Source: Candidatus Uhrbacteria bacterium
GTDB taxonomy: Bacteria; Patescibacteriota; Patescibacteriia; UBA9934; GWF2-40-263
Direction of reading: 5' to 3'
Assembly (NCBI GenBank): GCA_016188495.1
Contig: JACPHU010000005.1
Span: 1-51,628, forward strand
Length of the DNA stretch: 51,628 nt
Position 1 is the stretch's first letter. Every line of letters starts with the position of its first letter. Positions 20,201 to 29,129 of this stretch are shown here, in pieces. Under the pieces are notes generated by a model, which ran no database searches, was not told the DNA's origin, and saw only the letters and a list, made by a program, of their open reading frames with translations. The translations under genes were made by a program, and so were the position numbers.

Positions 20201-23200
20201 CAAACAGGAGGCGACGGATTACGAAAGCGAATCGTTCCCTCTCTATTTTATTGCTTCAAGCGCCAGCAGCTGTTCGCAGCAGTACGTTGGCTGTGATTCA
20301 TTTACGAATTTAAATGCCGTCAGTGCCGGAGGCGAGGGGATCGAGTACTACACCTCTCTTCGTTCCTGCTTGAGTTCCTCTATTGCGGACGGTTCCAACT
20401 CGCAAAAGACTCCCGCGACATTTTTTACCTGGGAAGGCTCGGATAACGAAGGATACCAATTGCAAACATGGGTCTTGCTCGAATCTAACCTGAGTGCCAC
20501 CACAGGTGTGTTTACCCAGGATCCGTTTACGTCCGAATCATCTCCTGATCTTGCTCCTTGTACTCACATTCAGATGTTGGGTGAAAACGAGGTGACCTGC
20601 GATGATGGCAGTACGAATATGGCAGCAGACGTTTGGGGGAATGCGCAGTGCGATGAGCATGCCGATATTTTCGAAAATCCAGATTGCCGAGAGTTTTTCG
20701 ATACGCAAGGAAACATGCATTATCGTGAGTATACGCAGACGGTTTCCGTTTCTGACGACTGCAGTCCTTATCGAAAAGATGAAGGAAATGAGCTTGATTG
20801 CGGAGCTTCAGGCGGATACTGGACAGACCAAGGTTTTTGTCGCTACTACGCTCTGCCTGCAGAAAGTACGACCTGCCCAGCCGAACAAAATGGCTGTCGG
20901 GAATATACAGGTGGAACAGGCCGCAATGCGACCACGATCTTAGATGAAACGTTTGAAGGGGGAACGTATGAAGATTTTGTCATTGCTCAAACGGGAGATA
21001 TCCCAGAGGTTTCTATCAGCAATGAATCCGTTGCCACAGAAGGACATTCCTTGCGTGTGGAAGTGGCAACAGGAGACACAGCCGGAATCGATACGGTGCA
21101 AGTGTATTTGGGACCATCTAACACCAGTACGTACGACGAAGATGTCAGCACGACCTGTACCGGAGTGGTTGGTGAAACAGGTTGTGAAATTGAATACGAT
21201 GTGGACGGTGACGGATCTGCGGATGAAGCGTGTATCGTTTCAGACGGTGAAGAAAGCTGTGGAACGCTGACAAGCAGCCTTGTTTCCGGCAAAACGTTCG
21301 TTTTAGATTTTTGGGCGAAAGGCAATGGCAATCTCTTCGTGACCTTGGAAGAAGAAGGGGGCGACGGACAGACACGAGATTTTTCAAATCCGACAAAAAC
21401 CATTTCTAGCCCGAGCGATCTCACCCCTGTTGCGCTTGACGGGGCCTGGACACTTTATAGTTTAGGTCCTTTGGATACGAGTAGCTTTGAACAGTTTGAT
21501 GAAAATGCGGTCTTGCGCTTTAGCAGCACGGCTTCTTCTACGACCAGCGAGTTCTATATCGACAACATCACACTCAAGCAAGTTGAGGAAAATATCACTC
21601 TGATTAAAGATTCTTGGGTTGTTCCTTCTACATGCGATCAAACCCCTAGCGGAGCGGATTCTCCTCAATATTATTTAGGATGCGAAGCGTATACGGATCA
21701 GCACGGAACAGAGGCAACACTCTATCAATTTTCTGATATTTGTTCTGAAGAGGTTGTCGGATGTGAGGGATTCTTTGATACGGCAAATTCCGAGTCAACT
21801 TATCAGCAGATGTATAACGTCCGTTGCGTCTATTCTACGGATACAGATCTGATAGATAGCGAGACAGTGGCTTCTAATACCGCATGTAAAGTCAATGATA
21901 AAGAATACTGCACGATTTCAGCGGGTCTGGGCTACTGCACCTTTGATGCCACAGAAGTGTTTGAACAACCACTGCCGTTGGATAATCCTTCTTCCGGTTT
22001 GTATTTTGGAATCGTATACGGACCAGAAACCGTTGTGATTGAAGGCGATACGCCCGTGTATCTCGTCACAGACAGCCAGTTTGCCTGCACGTCTGAGGCG
22101 ATGGGATGCGAAGAAGTGGGGCTGCCTACCTATAATCAAGACCATTCAGCCGTTGAATCGTTTGAATCCAGTTATTACATCAATCTTCCAAGCGATTATG
22201 GAAACATTCTTTGCGATCACGAAGCGCTCTTTTGCGAAGAATGGTCCTCTACCAACAACGGAAATTTTTATTTCAAAGATCCTCAGGATAAAACCTGTGA
22301 GTATAAAACAACCGTGAGCATTGAAAACCGAAGTTATTTCGGATGGTTCAGAACGGGAACATCCGAGCCTTGCTATTGGGAAGATAAGGATGATTCCGGT
22401 GATTTCAATATTGATACGGATGAATCGTATCTGATTGCCGGCGAACAGTTCGGTATCTGGCGCAATGGGGATGAAGACGACGGGGACGACGATCTTTGGG
22501 ATTATTACGACGGCTGGGTTGCCGGCTGCGAGAGCAAGTATGATCTGTGTACGGAATTTATTGATGTCGTAGATACAGAGAGCGGAAGCAGTGCTTCCGG
22601 CGAATCGTATTATTTTACCAATGACGAACTCCTTGATGAGAGCAATCTCACCGACAGCCAGCGCTGCAACGGACAGATCAGCCAGAAGTTCGGATGCGCG
22701 CTGTTTAATAACTCCACCATCTCGGAATTAAGCTACAACGCGGGAGCCAGTTACGTTTCTTCTATCCATGCGGACATTTTGTACGGCCAAGAACAAAATA
22801 CCTTAGTAGACCCTATCAGCTGTGCACTGGAAGATGGGGGAGTGTTCACAATTTCTTCATCTGATGCTGAAATACTCGGCTTGGCGGTTGGGGACGTTGA
22901 GGTTGATTTGTGCGCGCGCCGCTGTGCGTATCAGGTCGATAGCGGAGATTCTATTGCCACCGGTTCTTCCGAGCTTGGAACGACAAGCACCACGTATTAT
23001 GAACGTTCCTGTTTGGCGGATTCGGATTGTCCTGTGTTAACCACTGTGTTGGGAGAAAGTGCGACAGGATCTTGCGGGGATGTCGCGAGCGATTACGCTC
23101 TTCAAGATGATTCGAATGAAATTTTGAAAGTCAACCGAGACCGTACCTGTTCCGCATGGCTGGCGTGCGAGAGTTCGCGTACGAGTTGGAATACCAGTAC

Positions 23201-26200
23201 GAACAAATACGATTTAGTGTGCGATTCGGTAAATTTGTGTACGGAAGGGTCCGTTCAAGGGGACCGTTCGGTGTGTACGCAATGGGATCAAAATGATCCC
23301 GCTATTTTATCCGCCTATACATATTCGACTCGCGATGTGAATTGGACAGGTTTCGAGTATTCTGGAAATGCGATTCCAAATCAGCTTCCGATTGAAATCT
23401 ACGACCAGTTTAATATTTCGCCTCAAGCGGTATGTGTTGATGCAAGCGGAAACAAGCAGACAAATGAAAACGATTTGCCGATAAGTTGCCGTACCTTTGA
23501 GGATTGCCCTCTTACTTCTGTAAGTTGTAATACAGATGCGGATTGCACATCTGCCAATTACGGCGCCTGCGATCAGGATACGAACACGTGTTATTTTACA
23601 TGCCAAACTTCCAGTGAAACGGATTATCGATTGGTCTATAATGCCGGTCCTTGCGATGCTCGCGAGTCAGGGTCTGGAAACGGAGGGCTCTGTTATGTGG
23701 GGCATTGTTCTGAAACGGGAGCCGCCTGCGCCACATCTGGAGATTGTGAGGACACGGAAGAGTGCGTGGTCGGATACTGTCAGGCAACCGCAGATACGAA
23801 TTGCGTGAATGAAAATTGTTCCTGCAATCCTGAACAGAACGAAACGGACGGAACCAATGCCGATTGCGCTGGTTCTACAGCAGGAACGTCTTCCGCTGCG
23901 GTGAGCACCCCTTTCTGCGATCCCGTCCAATTTATCTGCGTGAGCGAATTGACATCCGACGAAGCCAACCGCGATGCATGTCTGACAACGGCCCAATGCG
24001 GCACAAGCTCGACCCGATCCAGCTACGACTGCATTCCGTCTGATGCGTCCACCACAGGTTCCTGCTTCAACGACCGTTGTCTTTCAGACATTGTGGATGA
24101 AAACGGGGACCGTAAAGCGGACCGTCTTGTTGTTTCTGATGCCCGCGAAGAATCCTGCCGAGCCTATCCGGAAATCGATTCGCCATTTCCTTCCAGTGTG
24201 GTCAGTTCTTGGTTGCGTTATGACGGCCTGGATATTGAAGACGATGAAAAATCACCCACGTCCGTTTCTTCTCAGCCGGAATCATCGCCGAGCGTTCAAC
24301 GTTCATTCCCCTATAGTTATGTGAACGGATTTCAAGATTCGAATGTGTGCGGATTGGACGAGGATGGGAACGTGGTTGACTGCTTGTGCAGTTATGAGAA
24401 AGCAGAGTACGGAGAAGGATCCGGATATCGTTACTATGAGACTGGTACAGGCATCGAATCTGATGATATTCCCGACGGCATTTGTTCCGGAGGTCTTGTC
24501 GCAGGCATTCCTTGCAAGAATGATGCAGATTGTACGTCCGAAGATAAAATTGGTTCATGTTCGTATCTTTCCCGTCTGGATACATTTTATGGATGGGCGG
24601 GATATTGTATCGAACGAGACACATCCATACAGACGTTGGGATCTTCCGCACAGGAAGATCAGGCCTGCTTAAGCTGGCTTCCTGTGGATCAGTTGACCGG
24701 CGCAACGGATTTGTACGCAAAATATACCTCTGCCGGATATTCTCCCCAAAACACCTATTACTGCGCTGAAGTTAATTTGACGTATGATATTAGGACAACA
24801 GGCATCGGTTGCGCAGAAGTGCAAGACAATAATTGTAATAACGATGGAACGTGGGGTGCGTTTAAAGACGAGGCTGATAACAGCGATAGCGGACAAGACG
24901 ACTGCGTCGCCGCCGTCTGGTGTCCGGACGGATATTTTGCGGTCATGACCGGTTGCGGAGATCAGAGCTTTGATGAAATGTGCTTAGAAACTTGGGGAGA
25001 CAATGACTGTCCGTTTTTCTGCGTGCCAAAATATTCATATAAATCATCGGGAGAACCCTGTCTTGCCCCGACTATTTATAGTTATCATCTTCAAATCGAT
25101 GACGTTGGAGATCATTGGTCTAGTCCAAAACCGGATACCTATGTGTATGTGTTACAACCGAACGATTTCGGAACAGCGAAAGATTTTTACCTGGATTGTG
25201 CGGTAAAAGGAGTTGTGGATGGTAGCGGAGGACATATCGCTGAATATTACACGCCACGAGATAATTTTGGCGCGGTCCTGCCTACCGACGGTGGCAGCAC
25301 GAATGGATATCGGGATCTGGGATTCAACTATCAGCCTTATGCCGCATGTACTTCCGTTGTGCAAGTTTCCACTAAAACGTTAGAAGAAGGAAACGATACG
25401 AACCTTCCGTTTGATACGTATAATGCGGCTTGGACAAATCGCTTATGGAAAGATAATCCCACGTTTGAACCGTTACCCGATCCTTTCGCAGACCAGACCC
25501 ACTTCGGGTATCAGTATCCGACATTACTGTCTCCGTACGGAGCCGCTTTGGATTATCTGCAAAAAAGATTGGATCTTGACCCGTATCCGCATCCGCTTGT
25601 GATGTGCGAATCTGATAGGTTGGATCAGACGGTTCCCGCCGTTGATCTTTCCTGTCCTGCCGGTTACGACTCTGTGACGAGTGATCTGGGAGAGGAAGCT
25701 CGCGCGTACCAAACGGTTGCTGTGACCAACACGACCGAAAATACGTCAATTTACTGCGTGAATGACGATTGTTCGTGTAGCGGAGGAGACAGTGCATTAT
25801 GCAATTACGATGCGTCTATCGGAGCCACGATTTCTTGCGGCAATGCCGCCTGCGCGTACGGAAGCTGTTCAAAAGGCGGAGCCATCTGTTATTTCCAAGA
25901 CACAAACAGCGACGGATATGATGATGTGTGCGGAAAAGATGACGGTCCTTGTAATCGTGTGGCTTGTTATTTTCAGGACACCGATGAAAACGGAGCCGAT
26001 GACATTTGCGGGCCTTCGTCACTAGGGTCTTGCATCGGCTGGTGTATCGGAGGTCCCTATAACGGGCAGCAATGCGGAACAAGCACAGGAGCTGTGTGTG
26101 AACCTAACTATTGCAAGGGAACAACCAAGCAGCATGGGCGCGGCAATAGCAGTACGTCATACGAATGCACACCTAATAGTCAGGCAACAACGTATGCTTT

Positions 26201-27191
26201 TTCTGCAACGAACACGGTCGCTGATGTGGTCGCTCGATTAGGCGGGGTTTTTGGACGCATGTACAAGCTTATTCTGTATGATGATGGATACGCGGGCATT
26301 TCAGATGTCCAGTCTAATGATCTGAATTTTAATCAAACATTTGGCAGCTTTGACGATACACTTTCTCTGGCCGATCTTGAGACATACGGATTGGGCGATT
26401 GGATATGGGATCGTCGAGGAGATAGGGAAGATCCTGAAACGTATGTTCCAAAGATTTTTTCCGTTGGCGAGTGCGAAGGATCAGAATGTTATGAATCCAC
26501 AGAAGGAGCGTTTACGGTTAACGAAGTCGACAGCGGTATCATTCAGGGCGAAGGTTCCAAACGCACGACCGTGAATTTTTTCGCTTCCGCAGACTCCGAA
26601 CAAATGCCTATCCGTCGAGTCGTGGTCGATTGGGGGGATGATTTCGCTGGTATTACAGGGGATATGCCTTGGCCAACAGGCAGTTATAGCGGATCGATTG
26701 CCCGGGATAACTTCTATAAGAATCATCGCGGATTAAACCCGATTTCCAATACGGAGGAATGTTCAGCAACAGCCACTGAATTCGGCGATAGTCCAGAAGC
26801 GTGCAGTTCCAGCTATTTTTCCTTTACCCATGACTACACCTGCACCGCAGGTCGTTTGCAGGATCTCCAATCCGCTTCCGATCGCGAATGTTCGTTTGAT
26901 GAAAACGGTCGTCTCTTGAATTCTCCTTGCTACGACGGAAACTACTGCGTCTTCCAACCCCGCGTCCACGTGATGGACAACTGGGGATGGTGCACCGGAT
27001 TCTGCGATTCCGGCGCTGATGAGACAGAGGGATGTTTTACGGGAGAGTTACCAAATGGTTCAACCCAAGACGAATGCGACATCGAATCCTGTCCTTCTGG
27101 TGGAGATTCAGAGAGTTGTGAAGATTCTTTTGGTGGCACAACCAATCCTTGGGTTAACTTTGATGGTTCTGTTTATATCCTTGCGGAATAA
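17220..27191 (+). CDS. Giant (3323 aa) exported Cys-rich, acidic surface protein
   Basis: Uninterrupted 10-kb ORF with an N-terminal signal/TM ending SVFA and many CxxxxxGC motifs. Two CBM-like segments (NPSFE..YTLSFYAK..DGIQLE; TFEGG..LDFWAKG..YIDNITL) and a PKD-like C-terminus (VDWGD..FTHDY..DNWGWC). Confidence 0.9.
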   Translation: MMQILRKTKRYLSAGLTTVFVLSLIMFGFFIPQKSVFAVDAEGILSSNRASAAAARAACLKTGAVPSTCPPEGIENSLQVVGDKIISPAFRIALIQALLNLSQFVLNRLAYEAAVAIASGGPGEESLFYQQTPVEAFKQLGLEAAGEAIGTISELSSTKLGIEFNLCQPNNSPLQLALAVGIKQKYKPTKPKCDILEIGKNWSGLFTNFYQTISDPDALQKAVLTKFAESLKPGKNELSATLRVNIAIDQKVHEQKLLQFLQQNQNQYKSVTDFITGNVKTPSQTLQGEFESKLKEVNGDQSKIKVGELVNSGELIGGLALSTASTFTNTLLSQLMNRIYTGLFESEPIPDPFDVEGVGGSDRESAQERFASIIATHPIATAEYNALSEFVVCTAEGVTNRGLYNCVMDVNFLAAVSRGNSGSALTVQEAIDEGLLDGNKPLISPENEPANQDPYCYTYGYCYGNLVKLRKARVLPIGWELAALRNSETTPATLQEVIDGFNHCTEDGTIGPSNSVNSDTKWCHLIDPNWVLKYPETQCRAIVSGEIRLSTLSPGRSSVCVDAPSCIGENNEGVCTDGYGYCVQEKNVWRFRGDECPAEYASCLSFQNTQTGDPGDFLVNTVDYSVCDQNNAGCQWYRTNKYLDDAGTSDDTSDDTYVWLPEGEAYITMDVDSTTSDHDDDLNYQTTSGGSVSPATYTYTSDSGNTYTYTSYTYQDRLYLTHNAQTCADSDAGCTKLFEFDEDLVLNAVQNPSFEDDTDEDGFPDYWVKTVTGGSSEKRVEDGAAVGSSLFQTDSSSFYQYVPLQANNFYTLSFYAKTVSTSAGSTTLSLSLEDKNGSVVSIAGTSYQGDCSPVSNTYSIVLNPASTSQFTSGEWSRFDCTFTAPSNTVQANISVDSDALFLDGIQLELGEDVHSFAEGYSSTPVAAYYKMAPDYLGCSGSSNDPSECDNYTQACQAQDVGCNLYTPEDGDPSIPAIISELDQCPSECVGYTTYKQEATDYESESFPLYFIASSASSCSQQYVGCDSFTNLNAVSAGGEGIEYYTSLRSCLSSSIADGSNSQKTPATFFTWEGSDNEGYQLQTWVLLESNLSATTGVFTQDPFTSESSPDLAPCTHIQMLGENEVTCDDGSTNMAADVWGNAQCDEHADIFENPDCREFFDTQGNMHYREYTQTVSVSDDCSPYRKDEGNELDCGASGGYWTDQGFCRYYALPAESTTCPAEQNGCREYTGGTGRNATTILDETFEGGTYEDFVIAQTGDIPEVSISNESVATEGHSLRVEVATGDTAGIDTVQVYLGPSNTSTYDEDVSTTCTGVVGETGCEIEYDVDGDGSADEACIVSDGEESCGTLTSSLVSGKTFVLDFWAKGNGNLFVTLEEEGGDGQTRDFSNPTKTISSPSDLTPVALDGAWTLYSLGPLDTSSFEQFDENAVLRFSSTASSTTSEFYIDNITLKQVEENITLIKDSWVVPSTCDQTPSGADSPQYYLGCEAYTDQHGTEATLYQFSDICSEEVVGCEGFFDTANSESTYQQMYNVRCVYSTDTDLIDSETVASNTACKVNDKEYCTISAGLGYCTFDATEVFEQPLPLDNPSSGLYFGIVYGPETVVIEGDTPVYLVTDSQFACTSEAMGCEEVGLPTYNQDHSAVESFESSYYINLPSDYGNILCDHEALFCEEWSSTNNGNFYFKDPQDKTCEYKTTVSIENRSYFGWFRTGTSEPCYWEDKDDSGDFNIDTDESYLIAGEQFGIWRNGDEDDGDDDLWDYYDGWVAGCESKYDLCTEFIDVVDTESGSSASGESYYFTNDELLDESNLTDSQRCNGQISQKFGCALFNNSTISELSYNAGASYVSSIHADILYGQEQNTLVDPISCALEDGGVFTISSSDAEILGLAVGDVEVDLCARRCAYQVDSGDSIATGSSELGTTSTTYYERSCLADSDCPVLTTVLGESATGSCGDVASDYALQDDSNEILKVNRDRTCSAWLACESSRTSWNTSTNKYDLVCDSVNLCTEGSVQGDRSVCTQWDQNDPAILSAYTYSTRDVNWTGFEYSGNAIPNQLPIEIYDQFNISPQAVCVDASGNKQTNENDLPISCRTFEDCPLTSVSCNTDADCTSANYGACDQDTNTCYFTCQTSSETDYRLVYNAGPCDARESGSGNGGLCYVGHCSETGAACATSGDCEDTEECVVGYCQATADTNCVNENCSCNPEQNETDGTNADCAGSTAGTSSAAVSTPFCDPVQFICVSELTSDEANRDACLTTAQCGTSSTRSSYDCIPSDASTTGSCFNDRCLSDIVDENGDRKADRLVVSDAREESCRAYPEIDSPFPSSVVSSWLRYDGLDIEDDEKSPTSVSSQPESSPSVQRSFPYSYVNGFQDSNVCGLDEDGNVVDCLCSYEKAEYGEGSGYRYYETGTGIESDDIPDGICSGGLVAGIPCKNDADCTSEDKIGSCSYLSRLDTFYGWAGYCIERDTSIQTLGSSAQEDQACLSWLPVDQLTGATDLYAKYTSAGYSPQNTYYCAEVNLTYDIRTTGIGCAEVQDNNCNNDGTWGAFKDEADNSDSGQDDCVAAVWCPDGYFAVMTGCGDQSFDEMCLETWGDNDCPFFCVPKYSYKSSGEPCLAPTIYSYHLQIDDVGDHWSSPKPDTYVYVLQPNDFGTAKDFYLDCAVKGVVDGSGGHIAEYYTPRDNFGAVLPTDGGSTNGYRDLGFNYQPYAACTSVVQVSTKTLEEGNDTNLPFDTYNAAWTNRLWKDNPTFEPLPDPFADQTHFGYQYPTLLSPYGAALDYLQKRLDLDPYPHPLVMCESDRLDQTVPAVDLSCPAGYDSVTSDLGEEARAYQTVAVTNTTENTSIYCVNDDCSCSGGDSALCNYDASIGATISCGNAACAYGSCSKGGAICYFQDTNSDGYDDVCGKDDGPCNRVACYFQDTDENGADDICGPSSLGSCIGWCIGGPYNGQQCGTSTGAVCEPNYCKGTTKQHGRGNSSTSYECTPNSQATTYAFSATNTVADVVARLGGVFGRMYKLILYDDGYAGISDVQSNDLNFNQTFGSFDDTLSLADLETYGLGDWIWDRRGDREDPETYVPKIFSVGECEGSECYESTEGAFTVNEVDSGIIQGEGSKRTTVNFFASADSEQMPIRRVVVDWGDDFAGITGDMPWPTGSYSGSIARDNFYKNHRGLNPISNTEECSATATEFGDSPEACSSSYFSFTHDYTCTAGRLQDLQSASDRECSFDENGRLLNSPCYDGNYCVFQPRVHVMDNWGWCTGFCDSGADETEGCFTGELPNGSTQDECDIESCPSGGDSESCEDSFGGTTNPWVNFDGSVYILAE

Positions 27192-27217
27192 GTTACGATA
27201 TTCAGATGTTATTATTT

Positions 27218-27252
27218 AAAACAGACGATCTAATCTAGATCGTCTGTTTTTT
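27218..27252 (+). terminator. Hairpin terminator after the giant gene
   Basis: AAAACAGACGATCTA/TAGATCGTCTGTTTT inverted repeat. Confidence 0.8.
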
Positions 27253-27267
27253 ATTCAAACTAATATT

Positions 27268-27305
27268 TCCTGAGCGAAGCGACCATCGGGAGCGGAGTCG
27301 AAGGA
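27268..27305. repeat. REP-like element
   Basis: TCCTGAGCGAAGCG..GAGCGGAGTCGAAGGA resembles the CCTGAGC(G/N)AAG(T)CGAAGG class of REP palindromes. It is a single copy here. Confidence 0.45.
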
Positions 27306-27371
27306 TTATTTTTGTGCGTTTAGTTCCGGTATTAAAAAACCGACTTGTAAAAGTCGGTATCGTCGTTTCAT

Positions 27372-28010
27372 TTATAGAAGTTTGATTGTAGCTTCCCACT
27401 CATTACCGCTTTCGTAAGCGACAAGGTGGTACCAGATTTCGGATAGATCGGCAGAAACTGTGCCTTCCAATTTTCCATCCGAAGTCTCGTTATAGAATTT
27501 GTCTCCAGTCACTATACCGTCGACTGGAAAACCCAGATCGATTACAACCTGATCACTAACCAGGTCTGTATGGACATTGTTGCCACTGTAATCCCCCTCA
27601 GGAGCAAGTCCACACTGTCCTTCCTCTAGCCATTCATCCTTAAGCTCAACGATCTGGCCATTGTTGGTCTGGCCGATGGTGGTGAACTGGTTCACACACA
27701 GAAACGTCTCGCCGGTAATGGCGACCTGGAGCGTTCCTTCCTTTTCCAGATTAACGACGCACTCGTTGACCTCTTCGCAGTTGGGATCGCTCGGCCGTCC
27801 GTCGTATGGGAACGCGTAGAAAGTTCCCATCCACGAGTAGGGGGCAACGATCTTGAGTTGTGCGGAAAACGGAGCAGGTGTAGGTGTGGCGACAACTGCG
27901 TCATCATCCCCAGACGCGCATTCCCCGGTCAGGCATTCCGTTTCGGGACACCCTGTCAGGGCGAAAGCGATACCAAGAAGAAAAAGACCTGAAGACCGGT
28001 TCAGATGCAT
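27372..28010 (-). CDS. Putative lipoprotein
   Basis: GAGGAG SD before ATG 28010, signal peptide ending in lipobox ALTG-C, a GDDD/PTPAP linker and a beta-rich body. Confidence 0.75.
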   Translation of the reverse strand: MHLNRSSGLFLLGIAFALTGCPETECLTGECASGDDDAVVATPTPAPFSAQLKIVAPYSWMGTFYAFPYDGRPSDPNCEEVNECVVNLEKEGTLQVAITGETFLCVNQFTTIGQTNNGQIVELKDEWLEEGQCGLAPEGDYSGNNVHTDLVSDQVVIDLGFPVDGIVTGDKFYNETSDGKLEGTVSADLSEIWYHLVAYESGNEWEATIKLL

Positions 28011-28211
28011 GAGCGATCTCCTCATCGAGGGTGGTGGTTGAATGAACGTAAAGCTCTCTCTGTGAGAGTATTTGAACCTATTTTAGTGATTTTGTCAATC
28101 ATTCACCTTGACGAAAACGCTTAAGAGTGATAAAAAAAGCCGTCGTTCTTTACAAAAATGACTCTGTTTTCACATTGGGAACAAAGGCTATTCTAAGTGG
28201 CAGGAGGTTGT

Positions 28212-29129
28212 ATGTATCAGAAAGCGTTCATACTTTTGGCTTTTTTTCTTTTTCTTCCGCGACCCGCTTTTGCTGTGTGTGACGAACCCACCTCCGTGGT
28301 CCAGCTGATTCAGGCCAGTCGCCTGGCAGAGGAAGCATTTGCGAACCTTGACGCCGATGCACTGCTTACCCAGTCGAGTCTTGCCCGCAGCCAGATCTTA
28401 CCCTGCGTGCAGGAGATCATCAGCAAACGTAATGCTGCCGCGTTTCATCGCCTGATGGCGTTGGAGGCGTTTATCAATGGCAATGAATCGCGTGTGGTGA
28501 GCGAACTTCACGCCGCCCTCATCCTTGAGCCTGGCTATCTGTTTCCAGAAAAGGTCGCCGGTGCAGGACATCCTCTTCTGGCTCTTTACAAGAGAGCGGA
28601 AACGTTAGACGACGGCGTGGCTGAACGAACATATCCTCCGGCAAACGGCTATATGATGGTGGGAGGGGTTCGCAATGCGGCACGCTCTTCCAAGATTCCT
28701 GTCATCATCCAGGCGTTTGGTCCTCATGGGGAACTTTTGGAAACGCGCTATGTCCAACCAGGAGAAGCTTCTCCCAACTGGAGTGGTAACGTGTTTGGTC
28801 TCACGGCGGAAGATTTAGGAATCAAACATCCATTGCTGGATGCCCGTCCTTGGTATGTGGCGGGGGCTGTGACTCTGCTGGCTTCCGGCGTGCTCTACGG
28901 CATCGCCTTAAACCAGAAGCATCAGTATCTGGACCCAGCTACGTCTGACGATCAGCGTCCCGGACTTGAAAGTCGCGCGAACGGTTTTGGAACCGCATCC
29001 GCCATCACAGGAGCTTCGGGGATTCTTTTTAGCGGTTTTGGTATCGGATTCCAATTCAAGTTCGGACTTCGTGATACGAACAGTAGCAAGAAACTTTTTT
29101 CTCCTCAGAAGGAGTCTGACCATGAATGA
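28212..29129 (+). CDS. Secreted/membrane protein, unknown function (helical N-terminus, hydrophobic Gly-rich C-terminus)
   Basis: AGGAGG SD before ATG 28212 and a signal peptide ending AFA. Its stop overlaps the kinase start region. Confidence 0.8.
   Translation: MYQKAFILLAFFLFLPRPAFAVCDEPTSVVQLIQASRLAEEAFANLDADALLTQSSLARSQILPCVQEIISKRNAAAFHRLMALEAFINGNESRVVSELHAALILEPGYLFPEKVAGAGHPLLALYKRAETLDDGVAERTYPPANGYMMVGGVRNAARSSKIPVIIQAFGPHGELLETRYVQPGEASPNWSGNVFGLTAEDLGIKHPLLDARPWYVAGAVTLLASGVLYGIALNQKHQYLDPATSDDQRPGLESRANGFGTASAITGASGILFSGFGIGFQFKFGLRDTNSSKKLFSPQKESDHE

Noticed and set aside
28966-29121. Upstream extension of the kinase; likewise 38200-38445 for serS, 38404-38529 and 30890-30985 for the paralogs
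   Set aside because: They overlap other genes or terminators. Better starts are supported by SD or -10 motifs and paralog alignment.
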